A stretch of 24,000 nucleotides of DNA from Synechococcus sp. PCC 6312 (GCF_000316685.1 NC_019680.1:2837407-2861406), one strand, 5' to 3'. Positions 5,828 to 13,824 are shown, counted from the first letter of the stretch. The notes: generated from the sequence alone by a model not told the origin. A program made the numbers and translations.

Positions 5828-6733
5828 TCAGGCTGATTTCGGCATATCAGATTCTTGGATATATGGCATAACTTCGTGTAGGACTTCTTTCATAAGTTCA
5901 GACTCACGGAGGCTTCCGCAGATACCGCTATAGAGGTTTGGCTTCCATCCATTAAGTTCATCGCAGTAGATCATGGTGTTGCAATGAAGTTTGGCCATCA
6001 TGATCATATTTCTACGGATCATGGCCTTAATGGCCCACTTAATCTTGAGGTCATCTTTGAGGTGCAGTTGACTGACTGGACCGGACTTGCCAGGGAGGTT
6101 ACGAAGTTTGGATTCAATGCGGTAGTATGTCCATTTTTGGGTATTGTACTTGCGGATATTGGCATACTTAGGAGCGATCCATTCCTTTTTGAAGGACTGA
6201 ATGAGGGTCTTAATTTCGGGTTGGCTCCAGACTTTGATCGGCTTTGCCGACTTATGGATAACGAGCTTATCGCCTGTTAGCCATTCCGACTCGGTTTGGG
6301 TGACGATTTCTACGAAGGACTTGAGTTCGTTGTGAGAGAACTTGTAAGTATAGACTTCACGCCCACTCCAGTTTTCTTTCTGGCTTTTATTGCTGCTTTT
6401 TACATGGTCAGCAACGATTAGTGTTTTCTGGGCCAACTCCCATGCTTTTTTTAGGGTTTCGACTCGTTCCTCCCAGGTTTCGATCACGTTCAGAACATAG
6501 GTCATGGTTACAATATCGGCGGGTTCGAGTGGGGTGGGGAAGTAGTAGGGGTCATAGCATTTTGACTTAAAGCCAAGTTCATTCAGCCATTCGGTGTCTT
6601 TTCCATACCCGCAGCCAAAATCCAGGTGCGACTGGCTTGGGTGGATCATCATGTTTTTGATCATCAATCTGACGGTACTTGAAGGATGCTTTCGCTTTGG
6701 AGCAGACTTATGGCGATTAGACTTGATTAGCAT
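5828..6733 (-). CDS. Class I SAM-dependent methyltransferase, N-terminal domain, with an uncharacterised C-terminal half (301 aa)
   Basis: Motif I LDFGCGYGKD followed by an acidic-loop-like …CYDPY…. The substrate (DNA, RNA or small molecule) cannot be told from the sequence. Confidence 0.8.
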   Translation of the reverse strand: MLIKSNRHKSAPKRKHPSSTVRLMIKNMMIHPSQSHLDFGCGYGKDTEWLNELGFKSKCYDPYYFPTPLEPADIVTMTYVLNVIETWEERVETLKKAWELAQKTLIVADHVKSSNKSQKENWSGREVYTYKFSHNELKSFVEIVTQTESEWLTGDKLVIHKSAKPIKVWSQPEIKTLIQSFKKEWIAPKYANIRKYNTQKWTYYRIESKLRNLPGKSGPVSQLHLKDDLKIKWAIKAMIRRNMIMMAKLHCNTMIYCDELNGWKPNLYSGICGSLRESELMKEVLHEVMPYIQESDMPKSA

Positions 6734-6813
6734 TTCTCTGACTGGACACTCTGAAAATAGTGTACTTGACTGGTCATGAAAGAATGACTATTCGTTTTTG
6801 ATTGGCCCTAGCA

Positions 6814-6840
6814 TAAAAAAGCCCTGCATTGCTACAGGGC
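6814..6840 (-). terminator. Intrinsic terminator (minus strand)
   Basis: GCCCTG-CATTGCTA-CAGGGC hairpin preceded on plus by A6. Confidence 0.75.
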
Positions 6841-6850
6841 GGAATAGGAC

Positions 6851-7018
6851 TTAATTTGCTGATTGTGGACTTAACTCATCAAATCCGGCAGGACGAACAA
6901 AGTCTTCCTCCTTCTTTAACTCATTCCAGATTTTGACTGGATTAAAGTAGCCATTGGTTTTGATGATGACTGATTTAAGCCCGGTTAGTGTTTTGTAGGT
7001 AAATGCGAATTGCCGCAT
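6851..7018 (-). CDS. Small hypothetical protein (55 aa from ATG 7018; the ORF track extends to 7207 across a terminator)
   Basis: The long ORF reads through the terminator at 7054-7089. The internal start gives MRQFAFTYKTLTGLKSVIIKTNGYFNPVKIWNELKKEEDFVRPAGFDELSPQSAN. Confidence 0.5.
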   Translation of the reverse strand: MRQFAFTYKTLTGLKSVIIKTNGYFNPVKIWNELKKEEDFVRPAGFDELSPQSAN

Positions 7019-7053
7019 GGATGAACCCTCTGAATTTGCCTTCACTGAAAGAC

Positions 7054-7089
7054 AATAGAAAAGCCGAAAGTTTGCACTCTCGGCTTTTC
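7054..7089 (-). terminator. Intrinsic terminator (minus strand) + junction-motif variant
   Basis: 10-bp stem GAAAAGCCGA / TCGGCTTTTC, followed on minus by TATTGTCTTTCAG. Confidence 0.65.
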
Positions 7090-7098
7090 TGGGTTGGG

Positions 7099-7347
7099 TT
7101 AGAAGCGTTTTCCAATCTGGTTTAAGATAACTCTTTCGTGGTGATCGAGTGGTCTTGTATAGGCATGGATAATAGCTTTGAGCAGACGTAGCATGATGGG
7201 AACACATTGATTGACAGTGAACCTTTTTGAGCTTTTTATTGCTTTTTTTAGATTCGATTTAGCCAGAAGGTTTAGCACCCTTTTTACACTTTTTTTAATT
7301 TTTAGCTTGCTTGATAATTCCGTTCTTCTTTGAATTGGGAGGCCCAT
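7099..7347 (-). CDS. Small basic hypothetical protein (82 aa, start uncertain)
   Basis: ORF track. Overlaps the end of the 7302-7550 ORF by 46 nt and is followed directly by a terminator. Lys-rich N-terminal half. Confidence 0.4.
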   Translation of the reverse strand: MGLPIQRRTELSSKLKIKKSVKRVLNLLAKSNLKKAIKSSKRFTVNQCVPIMLRLLKAIIHAYTRPLDHHERVILNQIGKRF

Positions 7348-7484
7348 CTATAGAAGTCTTGGTAGGTCAAATATAGAGCCTTTCTTGAGTCTTGGTCAAA
7401 GAGGATAATTTCGACCTCTTTTTCATTGATTTGGTAGCTCTCAATGATTCCGCTTCTGAGTAGCCATTCTAGTTTTGCTTGCAT
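7302..7484 (-). CDS. Small hypothetical protein (60 aa from ATG 7484; the ORF track extends to 7550)
   Basis: AAGGA SD 5-6 nt upstream of ATG 7484. No SD before 7550. Confidence 0.55.
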   Translation of the reverse strand: MQAKLEWLLRSGIIESYQINEKEVEIILFDQDSRKALYLTYQDFYRWASQFKEERNYQAS

Positions 7485-7568
7485 GGTTTTCCTTGGTGTT
7501 TCTGTAACGTTTTCTAGGGGAGGTTTGTAAATGCAAAGTTTTCCGGGCATAAGAGAACTTTACATTTT

Positions 7569-7982
7569 TTACAGCGGTATCTGGTATCTCCGTTCAGGAT
7601 TCTTTTGTGAATGTGCCTTGTGACCATGACTCCGAGGTTGGAAGCCCATTTTTGTCATGATCAGTTTCCAGTTTCTGTCATGTCCAATTCTTTTTTTTGG
7701 CCATAGGCGACAGCAAATGGTATGGGCTAATTCATGGGCATAGACTTGGGGCAGTTCTGACGGGTTTTCGGAGAGTAGGGGTAGATTTAATTCAATTTTG
7801 TCTTTACTGGCTCTCCCGGCTGTTGTTTTAAGGCGAGTATTGTATTTAACGGTAATGGGTTTTTCGGTGATCATGGCGATTATTTTGGCTGAGAATTGAC
7901 GCTTCAGTTTTTCCATGATGCCTTGGTGAATTGTCCGGATTCTTACCTTAGTTTTCTGGTCAATTCCAACAAATATTAGCAT
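7569..7982 (-). CDS. SprT-like zinc metallopeptidase domain protein (137 aa)
   Basis: N-terminal …NTRLKTTAGRAS…IELN… and the HExxH motif YAHELAHTIC match the SprT-like family pattern. AAGGAG SD upstream. Confidence 0.8.
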   Translation of the reverse strand: MLIFVGIDQKTKVRIRTIHQGIMEKLKRQFSAKIIAMITEKPITVKYNTRLKTTAGRASKDKIELNLPLLSENPSELPQVYAHELAHTICCRLWPKKRIGHDRNWKLIMTKMGFQPRSHGHKAHSQKNPERRYQIPL

Positions 7983-7996
7983 TTTTGGCTCCTTTA

Positions 7997-8020
7997 ATAA
8001 AAAAGCCTCTGATAGAGGCT
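7997..8020 (-). terminator. Intrinsic terminator (minus strand)
   Basis: AGCCTCT-GAT-AGAGGCT hairpin preceded on plus by an A-run. Confidence 0.75.
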
Positions 8021-8036
8021 CTGTGTGGTGAGATTT

Positions 8037-8207
8037 TTAAGCTAGGGCAGACTTAAGCCAAATGCACAGTTGTCGGTCGTTTGCAGTTCGTTGAGCAACC
8101 GGAACACGGCTAATGCGGATGTAGATGGTTGCCAATTCGCTGGCCAACTTACCGAGCGAGGGCTTTTTTGATAGGAGTAGCTGAGTCAGTTGTTGATGTT
8201 GGTTCAT
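8037..8207 (-). CDS. Candidate 56-aa hypothetical protein (below the ORF-track cutoff)
   Basis: Hand translation: MNQHQQLTQLLLSKKPSLGKLASELATIYIRISRVPVAQRTANDRQLCIWLKSALA*. A terminator follows. No clear SD. Confidence 0.35.
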   Translation of the reverse strand: MNQHQQLTQLLLSKKPSLGKLASELATIYIRISRVPVAQRTANDRQLCIWLKSALA

Positions 8208-8224
8208 AGATTTTTATGGAATAG

Positions 8225-8694
8225 ACATCCTAGCCGAAGGACAATAAAAAACTCTGGGTGTTAGCCAGAGCTTGGTTTTGGTTAGGAACCTCATCGCAGC
8301 CTATCCGAAGGTTAACCAAAAACCCCCACCATTTCTGATGAGGGCTTTTGATTGTCCATAACCTTGCCTGTAAGCACCTCATCCGAAGGAAAAGAAAAAA
8401 CCCTCATTATTCAATGAGGGAATCTTCCGTGTGTAGAGTTTGGTTTTATGACATCCTAGCCGAAGGACAATAAAAAAACCTCACCATTTCTGGCGAGGCT
8501 GGCCACCAAATGTATTCAGTTGTTGCACGACATTTTGTTACAACACAGTTTTTTTCTCCCTTCGATACAGCATTTGCACCAATCGCACTGAATTATTTTT
8601 GATACACCCCCACCGAAGGACAATAAAAAACCCCCATCGTTTGATGGAGGATTTTGTGTAGAGTTCTGGTTTTCTTCACCCGTTACCGCAGGAC
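8225..8694 (-). repeat. Tandem array of five to six ORF-less 'hairpin + T-run + ATTGTCCTTCGG' junction units
   Basis: On the plus strand, CCGAAGGAC (or CCGAAGGTT / CCGAAGGAA / CCGCAGGAC) occurs at 8234, 8305, 8383, 8460, 8613 and 8686. Each of the first five is followed by AATAAAAAA and a different hairpin (for example CCCTCATT-ATTC-AATGAGGG at 8401-8420). Confidence 0.8.
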
Positions 8695-8808
8695 ATGATT
8701 ATTTTTTACCCTTTTTTATACATTTCACCTGAGACTCCTGATCCGTTTGGAAGCCCTGTCTCTTCAGAACAGGGAGGAAAAACGAACAGCGACTTTAGTC
8801 GCCTACAT

Positions 8809-10086
8809 TTAGAAGACATAGGCATAACCGTCTTTTTTGTGCATGGCTTTGCAGTATTTGTGGCTGATACCTGCCACTCTTCCAGTTGCCGTGGCTATGT
8901 CAAAACTGCCAGAGGCTCGACAAAGAACCCGACCCACATAGAAGCCGATTTTCTTGCCTGCCGTAACGGTCGCTCTGACAATATCGCCAGTTTGAAAGCC
9001 TTTATGAATCTGTACTCTGGACTTATGGCGAGTCGAAAAACCAAACTTGTCAGTCCCACACATCTGCCGTGTGCCGTGACCTTTGGCGGTAATGAGCAAC
9101 GGCTTTGAAGTCAGGACTTTGAGCGCATCAACCTGACCCACACAAGCGGCATCCAACCAATGAGCTTTGGGCAGGTCTAAGCGGGTGCGGTTGAATTTAG
9201 TTTGTCCACCCGTCCCTGTCGTGAGTGGCAACCCCGTCGCTTTCAGTGCATTGAATAACGCCCATCGGGTAGAGTTGACTGCTGCTGCATCCTTGAGAGG
9301 GGCTTTAGCCTTTCTCAGAATCCGTTGTAGTAACTCAGGCTTACCGAATAGGAAGTCTCGAATGTCCTGATTTCCCTTGCTTTGGTTACAGGCATGACAA
9401 GCCATTGTGAGGTTAGAAACTCGGTCAGTTCCGCCTCTCGACCTGGGGTGAATATGCTCTACTTCTAAAGGGACATCTTTAGTTCCACAGTAAGTACATT
9501 TTCTGCCCCACTTTTCTAGTAGATACTCTCTGACTTCGTAGCCTTGTAATTCCCCTTGTTGGTACTCAATGCCTGAGATTTCAGGATTTTGTAACTTCTG
9601 TAGGTCAAACCGTACCAACTCTTGAGCGATACTGCCAAGGGGAGCTAGATTTCTGAGCCGATTTACCCAGGTCAGCACCGTATCAACTCGATGTTTCAGG
9701 CTAGGAGCAAGCCAACCATCAGGGCGATTACGATTTAGAAAACGGGGCTGACGATAACGGGTTTTCCGATTTCGCCTCCCACGCCGTAATTGACGACGAG
9801 ACAGCAAGGCATCTTTAATCTGTTGCCCCCGGTGCTGCAATTCGGCTCCAAAGATGATTTTGTTGCCTTGTTTAATTGCAATTCCAGTAACTTTAGAACC
9901 GGGGTCTAATTTGAGTTCTAAGTCTTGCACGGGGACATCAGGATGAGCTTCTTTCAAGATGAGGGTAAATGGAAAACGACGATATACTGCCGCTTTTCCT
10001 TGGTTGAGTAGATGACGAGCCTTCCCAGGATGAACGGGATCAAGCGGTCGTTTTTGGGTATCGAGAACAAAGATAAAATTGGACAT
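8809..10086 (-). CDS. iscB: IscB RNA-guided nuclease (OMEGA system; RuvC-HNH-RuvC with an N-terminal PLMP domain), 425 aa
   Basis: PLMP-type N-terminus VLDTQKRPLDPVHPGKARHLL. RuvC-I LKLDPGSKVTGIAI. Arg-rich bridge helix RRQLRRGRRNRKTRYRQPRFLNR. HNH CTYCG…EVEHIHPRSRGG…CHACNQSKGN. RuvC-III HWLDAACVG. ATG at 10086 with a GGAG SD; the track's GTG at 10155 lies in the omega-RNA region. Confidence 0.93.
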   Translation of the reverse strand: MSNFIFVLDTQKRPLDPVHPGKARHLLNQGKAAVYRRFPFTLILKEAHPDVPVQDLELKLDPGSKVTGIAIKQGNKIIFGAELQHRGQQIKDALLSRRQLRRGRRNRKTRYRQPRFLNRNRPDGWLAPSLKHRVDTVLTWVNRLRNLAPLGSIAQELVRFDLQKLQNPEISGIEYQQGELQGYEVREYLLEKWGRKCTYCGTKDVPLEVEHIHPRSRGGTDRVSNLTMACHACNQSKGNQDIRDFLFGKPELLQRILRKAKAPLKDAAAVNSTRWALFNALKATGLPLTTGTGGQTKFNRTRLDLPKAHWLDAACVGQVDALKVLTSKPLLITAKGHGTRQMCGTDKFGFSTRHKSRVQIHKGFQTGDIVRATVTAGKKIGFYVGRVLCRASGSFDIATATGRVAGISHKYCKAMHKKDGYAYVF

Positions 10087-10340
10087 TGAAAGTCTCCGTA
10101 AAACGGGTAATGTGTTCCTCGCCAATGTTTTTAAGGCTTGTTTGGCTAACGACACTGCTTTACCCCTCGTAAGGCTGTTTAATCGCTAACGACAGAGCTA
10201 CAAACTGGAAAGCATTTGTAGGTGTCATGACCTTAAAAACGTAGTCAGTCAAGACTTAGGCTGGTCAACTAACTGAAGCTAGAGGCATGAAGCCCCATTA
10301 CTTCAGTGCGGGGTGCTGACTCAGACTGAAAGACCGTAGC
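10087..10340 (-). ncRNA. Putative omega-RNA (HEARO-type) scaffold of the IscB element; 5' end and guide not resolved
   Basis: Position only. IscB omega-RNAs are encoded directly 5' of, and overlapping, the iscB start. The region is ORF-poor with local hairpins (for example CTTCAGT…ACTGAAG at about 10272-10310). I could not verify the consensus structure by eye. Confidence 0.55.
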
Positions 10341-10422
10341 TCTACGCCTTTTCCCAGGTAAAGTAGTAGCCATTTTCTTCAATGATTTTTAATATTTCTG
10401 ACTGTTTCATTTGGGTTACTCC

Positions 10423-10578
10423 TTAGCGATTGATTTCTTTCCAGGCTTGTTCTGCTTCTTTTTTGGTTTTGTAGAAACCGTAAAAGCAACTGCATACCAG
10501 GAAGCACCATTTCCCAATGTCTTTATGGGTTAGGCTGGCAAAGCGTTCTACATCGGCTTGGGTCAGTTGGAATATCAT
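10423..10578 (-). CDS. Candidate 51-aa hypothetical protein (below the ORF-track cutoff)
   Basis: Hand translation: MIFQLTQADVERFASLTHKDIGKWCFLVCSCFYGFYKTKKEAEQAWKEINR*. The junction motif CCGAAGGAC (10606) lies upstream. An AAGGAG follows its stop, ahead of a further 22-codon ORF (10342-10410). Confidence 0.4.
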   Translation of the reverse strand: MIFQLTQADVERFASLTHKDIGKWCFLVCSCFYGFYKTKKEAEQAWKEINR

Positions 10579-10625
10579 TTTATTTTTGGGTTTTAGAGCA
10601 TTTTTCCGAAGGACTTTTTGGGTTT

Positions 10626-10658
10626 TGTTCTAGGGGTGAGAGTGCTACCCCTAGAACA
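10626..10658. repeat. Perfect 12-bp-arm palindrome TGTTCTAGGGGT-N9-ACCCCTAGAACA
   Basis: Read directly from the sequence. Lies between the 10423-10578 and 10665-10997 ORFs. Confidence 0.9.
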
Positions 10659-10664
10659 GTTTGG

Positions 10665-10997
10665 TTAACTGGTGTAACGTTCAAATTCTTCAGCAATATC
10701 TTCAGCTTCTAGCTGAGATTCAATGATCTGGACTTTTTTGTTTGTGATCAGGACGTACATTCCGAGAGAGTCTTGGGGCAGTTTCAGCACTTCGATGACA
10801 TTGTGGGTGATCTGGCCAATCCAGTAGTAGTTGTCTGATTTTTCCCAGATTTGTGACAGGAAGTGTTTTTCGGCTTCATCTGGGTTGTCGAAGATGTTGG
10901 TTATCACTCCCTCGATCAGTGTTAGCCATTGCCCCTGGATTTCAGGATGGGTGCTTCTGGGGGAGGCTTGGCAGATTCCGGTATAGTTTTTGTCCAT
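10665..10997 (-). CDS. Hypothetical protein (110 aa)
   Basis: ORF track. AAGGA SD upstream. Bracketed by the two GTTCTAGGGGT palindromes. Confidence 0.75.
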   Translation of the reverse strand: MDKNYTGICQASPRSTHPEIQGQWLTLIEGVITNIFDNPDEAEKHFLSQIWEKSDNYYWIGQITHNVIEVLKLPQDSLGMYVLITNKKVQIIESQLEAEDIAEEFERYTS

Positions 10998-11040
10998 TTT
11001 TTGTTCCTTACGACTGCCAATCCGAAGGACTTTTAGTTGT

Positions 11041-11074
11041 TTGTTCTAGGGGTGGGCCATTACCCCTAGAACAA
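11041..11074. repeat. Perfect 13-bp-arm palindrome TTGTTCTAGGGGT-N8-ACCCCTAGAACAA
   Basis: Read directly from the sequence. Followed on the plus strand by CTTTTTT. Confidence 0.9.
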
Positions 11075-11086
11075 CTTTTTTATGGG

Positions 11087-11686
11087 TCAGCGGTTCATTC
11101 TACGGAAGTCCCAAGGTTTTATCTGGTCTGACTTCCAGACACCAACGCCTTCTTTTCGGGCTTCTTGTTCGGCTTGATCAACTTTGGCAAAACTAGGGCA
11201 GTTATTAGCGAACTTGCGGTAAGCGTAGGCCATGCCTTTGCGGGTCATGGTTTCTTGGACAAGGGTATTGCCCGTCCAGACTTCAGCGACCTTACGGCCA
11301 TAGCGGTCAGTGTTGGTAATGCGAAGGTCAACACGGTAGTCAGCTTTTTTTAAGATATTGCGGAGTGTATTACGGGATGCTTCGCCCAAGGGTTGTTTAA
11401 GTTCTGGTGCGTCAATACAGGCGAAGCGGACTCGGATTTCTTCGTTGCCATTGGTGGCTCGGATGGTATCGCCATCATGGATAGAGCGTTGAACAACTTG
11501 CCATTCGGTTAGTCCAGTTCTGGTTTGGGTGGGTGTTCCGATTTCGTTGACAACGGCTTCACGTTCGGATGGACTAATCATACGTCCACTAGTTGTTCTT
11601 GGATTGAGGGCTTCAATCTCGGACATTGGGACAGCTTGCGATACGCATCCGGTTAGGAAAATTGCTAGGAGTGGCCAATAACGCAT
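11087..11686 (-). CDS. Secreted thermonuclease (staphylococcal nuclease/SNc fold) lipoprotein, 199 aa
   Basis: Lipobox LTGC in MRYWPLLAIFLTGCVSQ. SNase core …DGDTIRA…IRVRFACIDAPE…GEAS…RYGRKVAEVW…. Confidence 0.88.
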   Translation of the reverse strand: MRYWPLLAIFLTGCVSQAVPMSEIEALNPRTTSGRMISPSEREAVVNEIGTPTQTRTGLTEWQVVQRSIHDGDTIRATNGNEEIRVRFACIDAPELKQPLGEASRNTLRNILKKADYRVDLRITNTDRYGRKVAEVWTGNTLVQETMTRKGMAYAYRKFANNCPSFAKVDQAEQEARKEGVGVWKSDQIKPWDFRRMNR

Positions 11687-11784
11687 TTTATAATTGATGA
11701 GCTAATTATAAATGAACTTTAGCATGGTCTTGACTTTCTGAAAAATTGCTGTATAGGGTTGCCGCAGAGTTTTGAGATTTATTT

Positions 11785-12450
11785 ATGCAGCGACTGATGG
11801 TAGCTCTGTTAGCGGTCATGGCCATGGCCATGACCGCTGGCGAAGTATTTGCAAATCCGTTCAAGATTCCCAATTCTACGGGTGATCGGGTAACGTTTCG
11901 GATGGATGGTTTAACGCCTGGTTCTGAGATTCAGGTCGGTGCCGGGGATACGAAAGCGAAACTTACCGCTTATACGATCAACAACTACGGGCGGATTAGT
12001 CCCCCGGCTGGTGCGACCAAGGTACGGAAATGGGGCGATACAACTTGGATCAACCTATCCAGTGCGACCGATCTGACTGATTCGGTCAAGGTTGCAACCG
12101 TTCAAGGTCAGCGTCAGTTTGCGCCTAAAGTGGCGGGTCAAAACTTACCGACTATCCCTTCCTTTATCAAACTTGGTACGGCGTTTTACTGGAATCCTGG
12201 CACTACGCTTCCAACTGATGGAATCTTCATTGAGTTTGATGTTCCGGTACAGCGTGTTGCGAAAGTTAATGCGTGTGGCCAGCTTTCAATCTCGGTTAGT
12301 TCGGTGAACGGCAGTGTCAATTACGTTCCTGCTGTGACGGTAAACGGAACAAGTTATACGATTGCAAGCCTTCCGGTCGGAAATCCGGCTAACTTATCTC
12401 GTTGCGTCAAGTACGGCGAGTCCACTTACGTCCGGTACGTTCCGCAGTAG
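11785..12450 (+). CDS. Secreted protein, paralog 1 of a four-member tandem family (221 aa)
   Basis: Signal peptide MQRLMVALLAVMAMAMTAGEVFA|NP. Family motifs NACGQLS…C.KYGESTYVRYVPQ. Confidence 0.85.
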   Translation: MQRLMVALLAVMAMAMTAGEVFANPFKIPNSTGDRVTFRMDGLTPGSEIQVGAGDTKAKLTAYTINNYGRISPPAGATKVRKWGDTTWINLSSATDLTDSVKVATVQGQRQFAPKVAGQNLPTIPSFIKLGTAFYWNPGTTLPTDGIFIEFDVPVQRVAKVNACGQLSISVSSVNGSVNYVPAVTVNGTSYTIASLPVGNPANLSRCVKYGESTYVRYVPQ

Positions 12451-12458
12451 AGGTACTG

Positions 12459-13076
12459 ATGTTAAGACCTGTCCTATTGGCTTTGTTTTGGTTGTTGGGT
12501 GCGTTGCCTGTGGTAGCGAATCCGGTACGAGTGCCGAGTGCCAGTGGTAACTCGATGCGCGTCAGTTTTGAAGGCTTCAATCCAAACAGTGAGGTACAGG
12601 TCGGCGTTGGCCTACGGCGATACCGAGCATCGCTGTCTATTAAACAGGGTGGGATGTCTTTTTTCCGGTTCACGTCACCTGAAGGAGCGACAGCGGTTCG
12701 TGTGGTTGGCCAAGAGAACTGGACGGCCCTGAGCCTTATTTCAGATCAGACCGCAAACTTGCGGGTCACTGGTACTGGTGAACAGCGTCAGTTTCTGGCG
12801 AAGAATCCGAAGGATTTTTGGTCAACCTTTGTTCCTTCTTTCAACGGGTATATGAAGGTGGGTCGGTCTTTCTTTTATCGGGGCAATGGAGACTCAATCA
12901 TGTTTGAGTTCAATGTCCAGGCTTACCGATTAGCAAAGGCGGATGCGTGTGGGCGAATTTCGCTGCTCTATCCGGTATCGGGTTCACGGGCCATCTCATC
13001 GGTCACGGTTGGCCAAACCTTTTACAGGCTTGACAGCGTTCCGACTGCCAGCAGATTGCCTGAATGTTCTCAATAG
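12459..13076 (+). CDS. Secreted protein, paralog 2 (205 aa from ATG 12459)
   Basis: GAGG SD precedes ATG 12459. Signal peptide MLRPVLLALFWLLGALPVVA|NP. DACGRIS…PECSQ. The track start at 12402 overlaps paralog 1. Confidence 0.8.
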   Translation: MLRPVLLALFWLLGALPVVANPVRVPSASGNSMRVSFEGFNPNSEVQVGVGLRRYRASLSIKQGGMSFFRFTSPEGATAVRVVGQENWTALSLISDQTANLRVTGTGEQRQFLAKNPKDFWSTFVPSFNGYMKVGRSFFYRGNGDSIMFEFNVQAYRLAKADACGRISLLYPVSGSRAISSVTVGQTFYRLDSVPTASRLPECSQ

Positions 13077-13095
13077 TTTTTCTTAGGAGTTGATG

Positions 13096-13824
13096 ATGTT
13101 TAATCGTATTTTTGTCCTTACTGCATTGCTCAGTCTTTTACCGACTGCGGTTTTTGCGGCTCCGACTAAGTTTACGAATCCTACAACCAACCGTGCCGAG
13201 GTAAATATCACTGGTTTTACGGCTGGTCAGGAAGTACCTATCGAATTTCAGAGTGTGACTAAATCGGTAAAAGCGAGTTGCCTGATTGGGTCGGATCGGT
13301 ATGCCTTGGTTTCCAGCGATGTTGCGGCCGAGATTAACCAGCCCTTTGAAGCCTTTGCTACTGCGGGTGGTACCCCTGCCATCAAAGTGAATGGTGGTGA
13401 GAATATTTGGGGTTCTGAGGAAGGTATGACCAATGGCCGTTGTGCCTTTGTTAACGGTACTCGCGTGTTCGTTGCCCCCAACGCACAGGGACAGGCTGTA
13501 CCTGTGACTGGAAACTACGGCCCTTTATTTGTTACCTCAACGGTGAATGCTGAAGGTAATGTAACGGGTAAGAGTTCCCTTTGGGTACGCGTTCCTACCT
13601 GGGATGCAGTACCAGTCCAAATCGTTGGTGGGAATACACAGAAGAAATACAAGGCGAATAGCTGTGGCATCGTCCGGTTTGCAGAAACTGAGACTGCTCC
13701 TTTAGCTCCTACCTTCAAAGTTGGTTCTACCATTTACACCGTTGCTAACTTAAGCACTGCTTACCCGCCCAAGTGCTATAAGACTGGCGAGACTTCTTAC
13801 ACTTTGTTTGTTCCGGCTCAGTAA
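13096..13824 (+). CDS. Secreted protein, paralog 3 (about 242 aa; start at 13093 or 13096)
   Basis: AGGAG SD at 13085-13089. Signal peptide MFNRIFVLTALLSLLPTAVFA|AP. C-terminus NSCGIVRFAETE…PPKCYKTGETSYTLFVPAQ. Confidence 0.88.
   Translation: MFNRIFVLTALLSLLPTAVFAAPTKFTNPTTNRAEVNITGFTAGQEVPIEFQSVTKSVKASCLIGSDRYALVSSDVAAEINQPFEAFATAGGTPAIKVNGGENIWGSEEGMTNGRCAFVNGTRVFVAPNAQGQAVPVTGNYGPLFVTSTVNAEGNVTGKSSLWVRVPTWDAVPVQIVGGNTQKKYKANSCGIVRFAETETAPLAPTFKVGSTIYTVANLSTAYPPKCYKTGETSYTLFVPAQ

Larger units (their letters stand above)
8700..10345 (-). mobile_element. Non-autonomous IS200/IS605-type IscB element (no tnpA); boundaries approximate
   Basis: Contains iscB plus about 250 nt of upstream non-coding sequence. 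Sub-terminal hairpins lie downstream of the ORF (CCCTGT…ACAGGG at about 8755-8775; GCGACT…AGTCGC at about 8788-8802). The sixth junction unit (8686) lacks its hairpin exactly where this element begins. Confidence 0.6.

Noticed and set aside
8335-8342. CTGATGAG, the hammerhead ribozyme core box
   Set aside because: No accompanying GAAA box or stems I-III could be drawn around it on either strand. The string is part of a degenerate terminator hairpin.
8695-9108. 137-aa plus-strand ORF (also 9167-9370)
   Set aside because: Both are antisense shadow ORFs inside iscB.
10087-10155. N-terminal extension of IscB from the GTG at 10155
   Set aside because: The ATG at 10086 has a GGAG SD and begins exactly at the conserved PLMP-domain N-terminus. 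The extension would lie in the expected omega-RNA region.
10342-10410. 22-codon ORF (MKQSEILKIIEENGYYFTWEKA*) with an AAGGAG SD
   Set aside because: It is too short to support. It also lies where the IscB element's left end and guide region are expected. Noted only.
1-11100. Canonical integron cassette array (attC sites)
   Set aside because: No intI or attI lies in the window. The elements are much longer than attC. I could not find the R''/R' boxes (RYYYAAC…GTTRRRY) at the boundaries. The GTTCTAGGGGT palindromes have GTT/AAC in the opposite arrangement to attC. I keep this only as a functional analogy.
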